In this document: positions 8,722 through 18,039 of the stretch, piece by piece
Position numbering within the stretch: position 1 is the stretch's first letter
How the letters are laid out: the number at the start of each line of letters is the position of its first letter
IMG/VR virus record: IMGVR_UViG_3300035208_006940
Strand: one strand, 5' to 3'
From: an uncultured virus (IMG/VR IMGVR_UViG_3300035208_006940)
Lineage: Duplodnaviria; Heunggongvirae; Uroviricota; Caudoviricetes
Length of the DNA stretch: 64,000 nucleotides
The notes under the pieces: model-generated
What the model was told of the DNA's origin: nothing
Databases searched by the model: none
Seen by the model: the letters and a program-made list of their open reading frames with translations, nothing else
Program-made: the position numbers and the translations under genes

Positions 8722-9314
8722 AGTACGAGATTCGCGAGAACGCAGACCACACCCACACGCTGTACCGCAACGGGGAAGTAGCGATTCCCCGTGGCGGTCG
8801 GCCGAACAACGCCGAGCTGGAGTTCTGGCTGGAGATCGAAGAGCTTCGCGAGAAGCTGCAGAAGGCCGAAGAGACCCAGCTACGGCTTCAAAATCTGTGC
8901 CGGGATGTCCGCAACGCGGTCAACCAGTACCACCGCAGTCATCTTCAAAACGATCTGGATACGCTGGAGACCCTGGTGGCTCAGTGCAACCAGCCCTGGT
9001 TGATCGAGCTGCCTCCTGGGATCTTGCACCGCTTGGCAGAAATTGCCGAGCTGGGCAAAGATACCGAAGCTCGCCGGATCGTGGCCGCGATCAACGAGAT
9101 CCGCAACTCGGACGAAGGCATGGAGATCCATATCCCTAACGACAAAGTGGACTTCGGCCCCGGACCCAACACGGTGATCAGCGTAAGCACCGATTTCAAC
9201 CTCAGGCCCGAGGACGACCACGGCTTTCAGGGCGAGAACCTGGGTGAGTGTCTGCAGAAGGCCCTGACCTGGTTGAAAGGAAACACTGATGGCGAAGAAA
9301 AAGAAGGCGGGTGA
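8718..9314 (+). CDS. Hypothetical protein
   Basis: ATGA coupling, RBS. Confidence 0.65.
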   Translation: MKYEIRENADHTHTLYRNGEVAIPRGGRPNNAELEFWLEIEELREKLQKAEETQLRLQNLCRDVRNAVNQYHRSHLQNDLDTLETLVAQCNQPWLIELPPGILHRLAEIAELGKDTEARRIVAAINEIRNSDEGMEIHIPNDKVDFGPGPNTVISVSTDFNLRPEDDHGFQGENLGECLQKALTWLKGNTDGEEKEGG

Positions 9315-9585
9315 GAACAAGATCACCTCCCACGACTACCACGACCTGGAGGCGTACATAGAGGAGATCGCGCAGGTCCAGATCGAGTGTGTCGTGTGCG
9401 GCGACGTCGAGACGGAGACCCTGCCCGAGATGTCCCTGGTACAACTTCGCCGCGCACTCCAAGGACTAGCTAAGGCCGGGTGGAAAGTGGCCAACCTGCC
9501 CGAGATGCAGACGGAGGGCACGGTCTGTCCGGCCTGCGTGCTGAGAATCACTGCTGGAGAATCTTTTGTAGACGAGGGAGGCTAG
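9289..9585 (+). CDS. Hypothetical Zn-binding protein
   Basis: CVVC...CPAC. Confidence 0.65.
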   Translation: MAKKKKAGENKITSHDYHDLEAYIEEIAQVQIECVVCGDVETETLPEMSLVQLRRALQGLAKAGWKVANLPEMQTEGTVCPACVLRITAGESFVDEGG

Positions 9586-9586
9586 C

Positions 9587-9922
9587 ATGGTGGTTGCGAC
9601 TGACAACAAAGTCCCGGAACCCGGGCCACTGTCTGAAGAGGACTGCGCCAACTTCGAGACACTCAGACGAGCGCACAGATCTGGCGATCTGGCCTTGGTG
9701 TCCGCGATCCGCAAAGCAGACGGCAAGCAAGTAGCACTCGTCTGCGCAATGGGCAGAGACGAGAAGGGCAATTACTGTCCCGTTCCGTTGGCAGTAATGG
9801 TCGAAGGCAACCCGTACGAACTGTTTCACGATCCAACGAGCACAGGAGACGACGATGGCGAGAGCCATTCACGTGAAGAAGGCCCGCAAGGACAATCCCG
9901 CGGCGGGCATCAAGAAGGGTGA
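9587..9922 (+). CDS. DUF6117-like protein
   Basis: NFETLRRA..GDLALV...VCAMGRD...GNPYELF.DP pattern. Confidence 0.6.
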   Translation: MVVATDNKVPEPGPLSEEDCANFETLRRAHRSGDLALVSAIRKADGKQVALVCAMGRDEKGNYCPVPLAVMVEGNPYELFHDPTSTGDDDGESHSREEGPQGQSRGGHQEG

Positions 9923-10409
9923 TGAGTATTGGCACGTCTCCTTTCGCAGCGGACGCTCCAGCTACACGCGGTACTTCACCAGCCCGCCTCGGCCCAGTCA
10001 GCTCACCCAGTCCGAGTTCCTGAGCAACATCTACGCTGCCCAGGAAGTCATCCAGGATGAGCTGCAGGAGCTGAAACAGGGCAAGCTCACTTTTCAGGAG
10101 CTGGCCGACATCATCGACGAGCAGAAGGAAGCTGTGGAGGAGCAGGGGCAGGAATGCGACGACAAGTTTGGCAACATGCCTGACAGCTTACAGGAAGGCC
10201 CCACGGGCGCGCTGCTGCAGTCCCGTGTTGACGAGTGCAACAACACGGCGCAGGAGCTGGACGAGGCGGCGGACACAATCCGCGATCTGGTGGAGAACGA
10301 CGAGATCCCTGAAGAGGCCACCGACGCGACCGCCAGACTGGCTACGGTGAAGGACAAGATCGAAGAAGCCGAGCGCGTCCTGGAGGACATCGGCTGGAAC
10401 ATGGAGTAA
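9855..10409 (+). CDS. Hypothetical phage protein with acidic coiled coil
   Basis: AGGAG RBS; codon bias. Confidence 0.7.
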   Translation: MARAIHVKKARKDNPAAGIKKGDEYWHVSFRSGRSSYTRYFTSPPRPSQLTQSEFLSNIYAAQEVIQDELQELKQGKLTFQELADIIDEQKEAVEEQGQECDDKFGNMPDSLQEGPTGALLQSRVDECNNTAQELDEAADTIRDLVENDEIPEEATDATARLATVKDKIEEAERVLEDIGWNME

Positions 10410-10412
10410 CCC

Positions 10413-10637
10413 GTGCCCCGCATCTACGACTCATCCAACGACCCCATTGACTTCTGCCGAGAGGACTACCCGGAGGAGGCCGACGCCGAAGAACAGTACG
10501 GTGACGTGGCCAAAACCGGCGCGGGGCCGGATGGTCGCGGCAACTGCTTCAGCTACGACGCCGAGCATCCGGCCTACGAGGGCGAGTGCTATCACTGCGT
10601 GACGTGCGGCAAACTTCTGGACTCCGATGACGACTAG
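10413..10637 (+). CDS. Small Cys/His hypothetical protein
   Basis: GGAG RBS; CYHCVTC. Confidence 0.6.
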   Translation: MPRIYDSSNDPIDFCREDYPEEADAEEQYGDVAKTGAGPDGRGNCFSYDAEHPAYEGECYHCVTCGKLLDSDDD

Positions 10638-10646
10638 GGAGATGAC

Positions 10647-10943
10647 GTGCTGTACACGAAATTCGGCGACGACAAAGGATCAACCGCACTGGTGCAAAAG
10701 GCCATGTACGTGGCCGACCGGCTGCAAGATTGGATCGACGAGAATTCCAGTTCCGTGACGCCCTCAGTCAGCGTCACTGTGAGGCGATTTATGATTCACG
10801 TGAAGGTGGGCAACCTCTGTGTCTGGAACACGGAGGACTACACGGAGGCGGAGCTGACCTTCCAGAAGCTCCAGAGCTATTACCGCGAAGAGATCGAGGC
10901 CCTGTCCGTGTTTCTCGCGGACCGGCCCGAGGAGGATGCCTGA
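10647..10943 (+). CDS. Hypothetical protein
   Basis: GGAG RBS; operonic. Confidence 0.6.
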   Translation: MLYTKFGDDKGSTALVQKAMYVADRLQDWIDENSSSVTPSVSVTVRRFMIHVKVGNLCVWNTEDYTEAELTFQKLQSYYREEIEALSVFLADRPEEDA

Positions 10944-11551
10944 TGGCGTTACGTGCATTCAGAACCACGTTTCTGTGCGCCCTCGACAAGGACGAGATCC
11001 CCAACGAGGACCCGATCACCGGAGCAGAGTGCGAGATTGCCGAACCGACGTTGGAGGCCGTGAAGACCTTCTTGCGGGAAGTGCTCCACTTGCAAATCGA
11101 CGACGAAGACGCCGAGGCGGACCCGGTGGGCTTGCTCAGCGTGGAAGTTGCCATCGAAGACCTGGTCGAGCTTCCCGCAGAGGAAGTGGCGAAGCTATAC
11201 CGCCGCACTGTCGACGCCCTGACGGTGTCGAATGAGCCCTTCGGTGGCGCGCACGCCCCGGACTGCCCGTACCGTATGAAGGGCGAGTGCAACTGCTGGC
11301 GGTCTGACCCCGTGCAAAATCGAGAACTGGCCGAAGAACTGGACTCGGTGGAGAAGGCCGACCAGGCTGAACAGATCCGCAAGTTCAGCCCGCCATCAAT
11401 CGACCCGTTGGCAGACTCTCCGCAGAGTTTTCGGGAGGCCTTGCGGTGGTGCCAACGAGTTTTCGGAGCCACGGCGGACACGCGGCTGGCGATCATTGAG
11501 CGGGCTGAGCAAATGCTCGCGGAGGCCCGCAAAGACCTGCAACATCCGTGA
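10943..11551 (+). CDS. Hypothetical protein
   Basis: TGATG coupling and GGAGG RBS at 10943 (MALRAFRT). Confidence 0.65.
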   Translation: MALRAFRTTFLCALDKDEIPNEDPITGAECEIAEPTLEAVKTFLREVLHLQIDDEDAEADPVGLLSVEVAIEDLVELPAEEVAKLYRRTVDALTVSNEPFGGAHAPDCPYRMKGECNCWRSDPVQNRELAEELDSVEKADQAEQIRKFSPPSIDPLADSPQSFREALRWCQRVFGATADTRLAIIERAEQMLAEARKDLQHP

Positions 11552-11567
11552 ACTATAGGAGTTTTGC

Positions 11568-12137
11568 ATGAGATACCGAGTAGTGTTCTACGCGTCCGAG
11601 TCTGGCATGTACACGTGCCAAGTCACCGCCAGAAGTGCCTGGGACGCGGTCGTACTCTCCCAGCTCTGCGACTGGAATAAGGGGGTGATAGAGAGACAGC
11701 CCGAGCAGGTCTACACCTACAAGGGCGTCGAGAAGACGCTGGACGACCCCAACGGGGACTTCCCCTGGGAAGCCGTGGTCTTCGATGACCAGGGACAGCA
11801 GGTTCCGTACGAGCAACCCGAGAACGAGAAGATCCAGGCCACCAAGGAACTGAAGAAGATTGACGCTGCCTTGGACGTGCTCAACACGTTGACGAAGGCC
11901 ATTCCCTCCAACGACATCCCGGTGGTCGTGCTACCCGCGATCGAGCAGATCGAAGCGCTCAAGCGCTGGCTGGAGAGCTGCCAGCTCGACGCCCAGGCCA
12001 GGGAGGAAGCCGCCGAGAAGTGGCTGACAGAGTTGCGCGCGTTCAAGTTCATCCGGCTCAAGGACATCATGGAGGAAACCCGGCCGCAGTGGCTGGCGGA
12101 AGTCCGTAAGCAGATGGAGGCGGCGAACTACGCATGA
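11568..12137 (+). CDS. Hypothetical protein
   Basis: AGGAG RBS. Confidence 0.7.
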   Translation: MRYRVVFYASESGMYTCQVTARSAWDAVVLSQLCDWNKGVIERQPEQVYTYKGVEKTLDDPNGDFPWEAVVFDDQGQQVPYEQPENEKIQATKELKKIDAALDVLNTLTKAIPSNDIPVVVLPAIEQIEALKRWLESCQLDAQAREEAAEKWLTELRAFKFIRLKDIMEETRPQWLAEVRKQMEAANYA

Positions 12138-12376
12138 TCACGATTCAAGAAGACGTGTCGCGAGGGCTGTGGGTCGCTGACTGGCAACAGTTGACCGGCC
12201 CACGGCCTGCAGGAGAAGGGACCAACCCGCGAGCTGCGTTGGGCGACCTGTTCCATAAGCTGCTCGCACAACAATCCGTCACGAACTACCTGTCCCTGAA
12301 CCTGGCAAACATCACCAGCCCGGCAGACCTGTCCGTGGTGGTCCTGCGACGGGGCAAGTGGCGACGACTGGAGTAA
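12134..12376 (+). CDS. Hypothetical protein
   Basis: ATGA coupling. Confidence 0.55.
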   Translation: MITIQEDVSRGLWVADWQQLTGPRPAGEGTNPRAALGDLFHKLLAQQSVTNYLSLNLANITSPADLSVVVLRRGKWRRLE

Positions 12377-12378
12377 CC

Positions 12379-12624
12379 ATGCCGAAATATCGGATCGAGG
12401 CCCGTGAACGGTTCACCGTGATCACGGTCTACAACGAAGTCGAAGCCGAGGACGTCGAGCACGCGATCTCCAAGTGCAAGCACGGCACCGCGGCCTACGA
12501 CAGCAGCCAGCCGGATGACGACGGAGATGACGAGTACCTGGAAACCCTATCCGTAGAAAAGATCAACGACGACGGAAGGTCCGTGTCACAACAGGACACA
12601 GGACCTGATGCTAAGCCGGGGTAA
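12379..12624 (+). CDS. Hypothetical protein
   Basis: GGAG RBS; MPKYRIEARE. Confidence 0.6.
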   Translation: MPKYRIEARERFTVITVYNEVEAEDVEHAISKCKHGTAAYDSSQPDDDGDDEYLETLSVEKINDDGRSVSQQDTGPDAKPG

Positions 12625-13327
12625 CACCAAGCTTGGCCGCGAGATCTGGGCGTTCAACTTGCCGCGACGCAAAACCTGTCCCGTGACCTCTGCACTGTGT
12701 CGTGAACTGTGCTACGCAGACCGAGGCCACTTCATCTTGGACAGCGTCCAAGTCGCCCACGAAGCCAACTGGAGCGAAGCCAAGCGCTCCGACTTCGTGG
12801 CACGCGTCAACGCCCAGATCCTTTTGGAGTACATCCACACCGTACGGTTGCACGCCTCGGGCGATTTCTACAGCGTGGCCTACTTGAACAAGTGGATCGC
12901 TATCGCACGCAAGAACCGCCACGTGCGGTTCTTCGTGTACGCCCGCTGCTGGACTCGCAAGGACTACCTTGCGGCTCTTCGCATTCTGTCTCGCCTGCCG
13001 AACGTGCAGGTGTGGCTGAGCACCGACCGAACGATGGACCGACCGCCGAGAATCAAGGGAATGCGCATCGCCTGGATGGCGGAGAACGACACCGACGTGC
13101 CGCTCTACCCCGTGGACCTGGTCTTCCGCAATCGGCCGCGAACACCGATGAAGCGGATGGGCCCGCAGCGCGCTCTCGTTTGTCCTTACGAACAACTCAT
13201 TTCCCAGCGGCGTTTTCGCATCACTTGTTCGCGTTGCGGAATCTGCTACAACCCCCCAAGGAAGCGTACCCATGGCACGCCAACTCGATCCCCGTGTCCG
13301 TCCCGCCCTCGCCACGTTGCTCGCTGA
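12608..13327 (+). CDS. Gp88-like phage protein (radical-SAM-like Cys motif)
   Basis: GNTKLG, TCPVTSALCRELCYA, RLHASGDFYS, C-terminal CP...CSRCGIC. Confidence 0.8.
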   Translation: MLSRGNTKLGREIWAFNLPRRKTCPVTSALCRELCYADRGHFILDSVQVAHEANWSEAKRSDFVARVNAQILLEYIHTVRLHASGDFYSVAYLNKWIAIARKNRHVRFFVYARCWTRKDYLAALRILSRLPNVQVWLSTDRTMDRPPRIKGMRIAWMAENDTDVPLYPVDLVFRNRPRTPMKRMGPQRALVCPYEQLISQRRFRITCSRCGICYNPPRKRTHGTPTRSPCPSRPRHVAR

Positions 13328-13667
13328 AGAGCCGCTCGCGTCGGTGCCCTTTTTGCACAAGTCGCTGAAGACGAAGGGCATCAAGGTCTCGGACTCCACT
13401 GTCGCACGGCTCAAGAAGACCATCGTGGAGGAGCTGTCCCGGCCCAGCAAGAAGGATCCTAACCCGCCGAAGCCTGGCAAGCAGACGCTGCAACCGAAGT
13501 ACGGCAAGAAGGCCGTTGCGGGGAAGCGGAAGCATCGCAAGAACGGCGGGACGGGCAGCAAGGCTCCGCAGGTGTGGTCGCTCGCCATCGGCGACGTGAA
13601 CGCCGAGATCGACATGCTGCGGAAGGAGAACGACAAGCTGCGGGCGGTGATCGCTGTTCTCCTCTAA
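13272..13667 (+). CDS. Hypothetical basic protein
   Basis: ORF, codon bias. Confidence 0.6.
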   Translation: MARQLDPRVRPALATLLAEEPLASVPFLHKSLKTKGIKVSDSTVARLKKTIVEELSRPSKKDPNPPKPGKQTLQPKYGKKAVAGKRKHRKNGGTGSKAPQVWSLAIGDVNAEIDMLRKENDKLRAVIAVLL

Positions 13668-13716
13668 TCCGCCCAGGACCACGTATCCGTAACCCTGTTT
13701 CGTGTGAGCAAGACCA

Positions 13717-14058
13717 ATGGCAAAGAAGAAACCCGTTCTGGACACCCTCAACACGTGGAAGGTGTGTGCTCTGGGTCAGCGCGGCGGGTTCGCCCACCGC
13801 TACATCGCCAGCCGCATCTTCGAGCTGGTCCCCGAGAAGCTGGAGAAGTGGCAGATCGCGGCGATCAGCAATGCGCTGCACCGCAACGAGATTCGTGTCA
13901 CCGACTGGCGGATGGGCCGCACCAGCCTGGCCACGACCTACGCCGAGAAAGTCTCGACGCCGGTCAAGGGCGTGAAGGCGGAGAAAGCCATGGAGGGACT
14001 CCGGCTCTACGTCCCGGCCAAGCCCAAAAAGGCCAAGCTGCGTCGCAAGACGGGCTAG
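13717..14058 (+). CDS. Hypothetical basic protein
   Basis: Strong codon bias. Confidence 0.65.
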   Translation: MAKKKPVLDTLNTWKVCALGQRGGFAHRYIASRIFELVPEKLEKWQIAAISNALHRNEIRVTDWRMGRTSLATTYAEKVSTPVKGVKAEKAMEGLRLYVPAKPKKAKLRRKTG

Positions 14059-15248
14059 GCCACCGCGGGCTCGGGAAGCTTCTGGATGAATCGGTTGAGC
14101 ATGGCCAGGTCGGTCAGCTCCTTGGTGGTGAACTGCTCGTGACTCGCGCGCTTCACGACCGGGTGCTGACCGGCCTCGGCCATCAACTGCTCAAAGGAGC
14201 GGGCCGCACCGCGGTCCAACGTCCCGGCCACTTCGGCCATCTTGTCGCCATCGACACCGATGCCGTTGCTGACCTCGTCCGCGATGGCATCACCCAGCAG
14301 CGCCCGCACCTCTTCCAGTGCCAGCTTGGTGAGCTGATCCTTGGAGAAGACGGCGCCCGTGATCAGCTCACAAGCGTCCTTCACGAACTCGCCCGCCAGG
14401 TAGTACGGGGCGGCGAACACGATGTCCTCCGGCCGGGCCAGTCCCTCGGCGTATTTCGTGGTCAGCCCGGCCATGTGATCGAACAAGTCGATCGTCTTGC
14501 ACAGGTTGGCCGTGGCCGCCGGGTCCATGGCCAGTGACGGCTGGCTGGCAACGGTGGCGGCCAGCTTGCGCATCCCGTCGGCCGTCTCCTGGCGAATCTC
14601 CGCCCGCACCATGTTCACCCGGTCGTACATCGCCTGGGCACACTCGCGGGGGTCGTACACGCCGTGACCCGCTTGCTTCTCCAGCAGCTCCCGGTGCTCC
14701 TCGACGTTCGCCCCGAACTCGGCAGCCTTCTCCAGGATCTTGCTGGCGATGGTCTGGCGGTCGTCGAAGTCGTACGTGTCGCGGTTGGCGTCGAACCACT
14801 CCGCGGCGACTTTCACCTCGCCGGGGTTGGTCAGCTGGTAGTGCCGCTCTTTACGGCCGTCCGTGGTCGCCCATACAATGGCGAACGAATCGTCCGGAAG
14901 CTGACTCTCCAGGTTTGCGTGCAGGGAGGCATGCTTTGCTTTCAGTGCTTCCATGTCGCCCTCCGCGCCCCAGTAGGTGGCAGCTTTGGCGAATCGCCGC
15001 TCGATCGGATGACGGAACTTGGCTGCGAGCTGGGACTGCTTGTTGAGGTAGTACACCCAGGAGAGCACCGTGGCGGCCTTCGTGTGCACGGGAAAGCTTC
15101 GCGTGCGGACGTCGGCATACGCTGTGACGGGAAGCCCCTCCGGGTTGCACGTCTCGGGCATCGAAGCTTGCTTGACGTACTCCGGGAGCGGATAGAGCCG
15201 CGAGTAACGATGAAGCTCACGATAGTTTCTATCCTTGGTCTGATCCAT
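14055..15248 (-). CDS. Hypothetical protein rich in K-x-A motifs, possibly virion-associated
   Basis: AAGGAGG RBS on the minus strand spaced for ATG at 15248 (alternative 15254); strong codon bias. Confidence 0.7.
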   Translation of the reverse strand: MDQTKDRNYRELHRYSRLYPLPEYVKQASMPETCNPEGLPVTAYADVRTRSFPVHTKAATVLSWVYYLNKQSQLAAKFRHPIERRFAKAATYWGAEGDMEALKAKHASLHANLESQLPDDSFAIVWATTDGRKERHYQLTNPGEVKVAAEWFDANRDTYDFDDRQTIASKILEKAAEFGANVEEHRELLEKQAGHGVYDPRECAQAMYDRVNMVRAEIRQETADGMRKLAATVASQPSLAMDPAATANLCKTIDLFDHMAGLTTKYAEGLARPEDIVFAAPYYLAGEFVKDACELITGAVFSKDQLTKLALEEVRALLGDAIADEVSNGIGVDGDKMAEVAGTLDRGAARSFEQLMAEAGQHPVVKRASHEQFTTKELTDLAMLNRFIQKLPEPAVA

Positions 15249-15252
15249 CACC

Positions 15253-18039
15253 ATGCCTCCTTGCTTGGTCTCGTTGAATAGCCACGTAAAGTGGATCACG
15301 TTGCTGAAGTTGCTGGGCTCCGAAGTGCGGACGCCTGCGATCCCCGCCGTTGTCCGCTGTCCGATCTGTTCCCACCTTCAGCTGGAAATCCTGCAGGATT
15401 ACATTTCCCACGGCGCATGGGGTGCCTGTCGTCACTGTCATTTCGCGGGGGACATGATCGAGCTGGCCGCAGCCACCTGGAAATTGAGCATCCCCGCGAC
15501 GATCCACAAGCTACAACAGAACGGCGTCGACATCCCCCCGGAAGCCTCACCAGCCGAGACCTACCGGCAGCAATACGTGGAGTACCGTCACCGTTTCCGT
15601 GAATTGTGGACGGAGGCCCAGGCTGGACTTCTCCATAATACCACACACCTCAAAGGCCTAGTATACGAGCTTGGGTGGCGGTGCGAGGTGCCTGCGGACC
15701 GCTGGACGGAGGGGCCCGCCCGAATTCTGGGAGCTGCCAGCACGCGGGATGTCGAGCGCTGTTTCATGCCCGGCACGTTTCGCACCACCGGCCGCAACAC
15801 CAGCAACTCGCGGTTGTTCAAGGGGGGTAAGTGGGACGGGGTCCTGATGATCCCCTTCTACGACCTGCCCGACCGCATGTGCGCCGCGATGTTCATCGGC
15901 CGCCGCGGCGACCCCGAACGCGACCAGGTCTTCCGCAGACTGCGACTGCGACAGACAGGGATCACACTGGCAGAGGGCCGACAGACTGCCGAACCCGCAC
16001 AAGAGGCTGGGCTGGCGTTCCACCCTGACACGTGGGTGGCAGCTGCCGACTGGGACCAGACGCTGTTCGCTTCCGACGATTTGTCGCTGGCGTGGCGGCT
16101 GCAGATGCGGCAGTTCGAGCATTCCGTCCTCCCCTTGCCGCTGGTCGTGTGGCGAGACGGACCCGACACCAAAGGAATCGCAACCCTCTCCCGCTTCGCC
16201 TGGCAAATGTTTGCCAACCAGTCCATCGTCTTCTGGGCACCCCGTCTGCAACCGGCCGCTGTGCGACAGGCCGTGGCCACGGACGGCCGGATCTCTACGG
16301 CAGGCTCCAAGTGCGAAGACGCGCGGCATCTGATCGAGTACACCGCCAAGTTCACGCCCGAAGGGCTCTTGCAGCACGTGCGCAAGACGGCACGGCCGTG
16401 GCCGGAGGTTATCGCCAAGCACCTCGCCGGGATGCCTGCCGAAGCCGCCGAGGACTTCATGCTGCAGCTGCAGCTGGAGACCATCCAGGTCAACCGGGTG
16501 GTGCGTTGCCTGGACGAGAAGATGCGGGAGCGTTGCCGCGACTGGCTCCGGCCGAAGTCACGACCACGCACTGTCATCGTGCGGCAAAAGCGGGTTCTCG
16601 AACAGGAGGACGGCTGGATCCTCCAGCACCAGGTTCGCCGGGCTGAGTTTGTTGCTGAGCTGCTGTGCGACGCTAAGCTGCGAATCGAAGAGGTGATCCA
16701 CTACAAGAAGCTCGATCAGACCTACTACCGCGGACACCTGGAGTACCGTGGCGAGCTGATCCCCTTCTGCGATCTGCGAAGCGAGGTGGAGGCTTCCCCG
16801 TTGTCCTGGATGCGTGGCCTGTTGCTGGCGAAGGGCAAGGGCCTGGTTCGTGGCCTGACGCTGTGGGACAAGTATCTGGTCAACATCGCGTTGCAGTTTC
16901 ATGAGCCGAAGATCCTCTACGGCACGGACACCGTGGGCTGGGACAAGCAGAAGCTGCAGTTCGTGCTGCCGCGATACATTGTGGGGCTCAAGAGCACGCG
17001 GCGCAACGAGGCCGCCGTGATGTCCGACGCGTTGCCTGCCGTCAACCTGATCCCGTTGCGCAATGACGAAACACTGGCCTGGGCTGGTCTCCCTCGCGAA
17101 GCTGAAGCCAGCGACGTCTACTGGGGTGCTACGGTCAACCTGCTGGCAAACGTGCTGGCCCCTGTGTTCAATCAGCCTACGGTGGCGTTGGGCCTTGTGG
17201 GAGACGGTGCGTACGCTGGGCTCGATGTGGCGGCTTGGCTGGGCTGTCTGAACTTGCCGTTGGAGACGGTCGCAGACTCACGCAAGCTGGCCGGGGAAGA
17301 GTTCAAGCACGACTGGCCCGTGGCCGTCGTACCGTCTCGCAGCGTGACGCCAGCGATCTGGCACAACTGGCTCAACCGCCGGGATCGTCCGCACAACTGC
17401 ATCACTCCGCTCGATCCACTGACGGCGGCCGTGCACCATCTGGACGGTGGCTGGCGACTGCTGTCCTGCAAGACGATCCCTGCGTTCGCTCCTCGCTTGA
17501 AGGAGTTCACTCGGCACTTCGTGGTGGTGTACCTGCAGGACCTGTGCAAGCGCAAGCTGCGGCTCAGCAACGATGACGGCGATTGGTTCTTGCGCGTGTG
17601 GGCCGATTGCGCAGACTTCGTGACCCGATCCCACGGCAAGCCTCTGCTGCCCGCCAAGATCCCCGAGAACATCCGCCCGGAGAACGTCGACGCCGAGTTG
17701 TCCTTCGTGGAAATGCTGGCTGAGCTGGTTGCCAAGGGTCAGCTGCGCCTGAGCCTGGGCGGCTACCAGGGGCCGCGAGACGCCAGCGCCCTGCTTCGCG
17801 TAGAGAAAGGCTTCCAGGACAACGAGGGGCTGTACGTGCCCCAGGAGGCCCTCTCCCGCGTGCTGACACGCAAGCGACTGCCAGTGCCCGAGACGGACCG
17901 GATCACCGCCGCGCTGGCGGAGGCGAACGTGCTGGGCGAATGCCGGGACGAAGGCTGGGTCCTCGACAGCCAGTGGTGGTCTCGCCACTTCCGTCGGCTG
18001 GCCACCGTGCAGCAGCGAGCGTTCAAGGTGGTGGGCTAG
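15253..18039 (+). CDS. Large DnaG-like Zn-finger/primase-related protein (apparently degenerate)
   Basis: CPIC...CRHC..GDMIELAA resembles the primase Zn-binding domain; LMIPFYD..DRMCAAMFIGR resembles the DnaG N-subdomain; no clear Toprim acidic motifs. Confidence 0.6.
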   Translation: MPPCLVSLNSHVKWITLLKLLGSEVRTPAIPAVVRCPICSHLQLEILQDYISHGAWGACRHCHFAGDMIELAAATWKLSIPATIHKLQQNGVDIPPEASPAETYRQQYVEYRHRFRELWTEAQAGLLHNTTHLKGLVYELGWRCEVPADRWTEGPARILGAASTRDVERCFMPGTFRTTGRNTSNSRLFKGGKWDGVLMIPFYDLPDRMCAAMFIGRRGDPERDQVFRRLRLRQTGITLAEGRQTAEPAQEAGLAFHPDTWVAAADWDQTLFASDDLSLAWRLQMRQFEHSVLPLPLVVWRDGPDTKGIATLSRFAWQMFANQSIVFWAPRLQPAAVRQAVATDGRISTAGSKCEDARHLIEYTAKFTPEGLLQHVRKTARPWPEVIAKHLAGMPAEAAEDFMLQLQLETIQVNRVVRCLDEKMRERCRDWLRPKSRPRTVIVRQKRVLEQEDGWILQHQVRRAEFVAELLCDAKLRIEEVIHYKKLDQTYYRGHLEYRGELIPFCDLRSEVEASPLSWMRGLLLAKGKGLVRGLTLWDKYLVNIALQFHEPKILYGTDTVGWDKQKLQFVLPRYIVGLKSTRRNEAAVMSDALPAVNLIPLRNDETLAWAGLPREAEASDVYWGATVNLLANVLAPVFNQPTVALGLVGDGAYAGLDVAAWLGCLNLPLETVADSRKLAGEEFKHDWPVAVVPSRSVTPAIWHNWLNRRDRPHNCITPLDPLTAAVHHLDGGWRLLSCKTIPAFAPRLKEFTRHFVVVYLQDLCKRKLRLSNDDGDWFLRVWADCADFVTRSHGKPLLPAKIPENIRPENVDAELSFVEMLAELVAKGQLRLSLGGYQGPRDASALLRVEKGFQDNEGLYVPQEALSRVLTRKRLPVPETDRITAALAEANVLGECRDEGWVLDSQWWSRHFRRLATVQQRAFKVVG

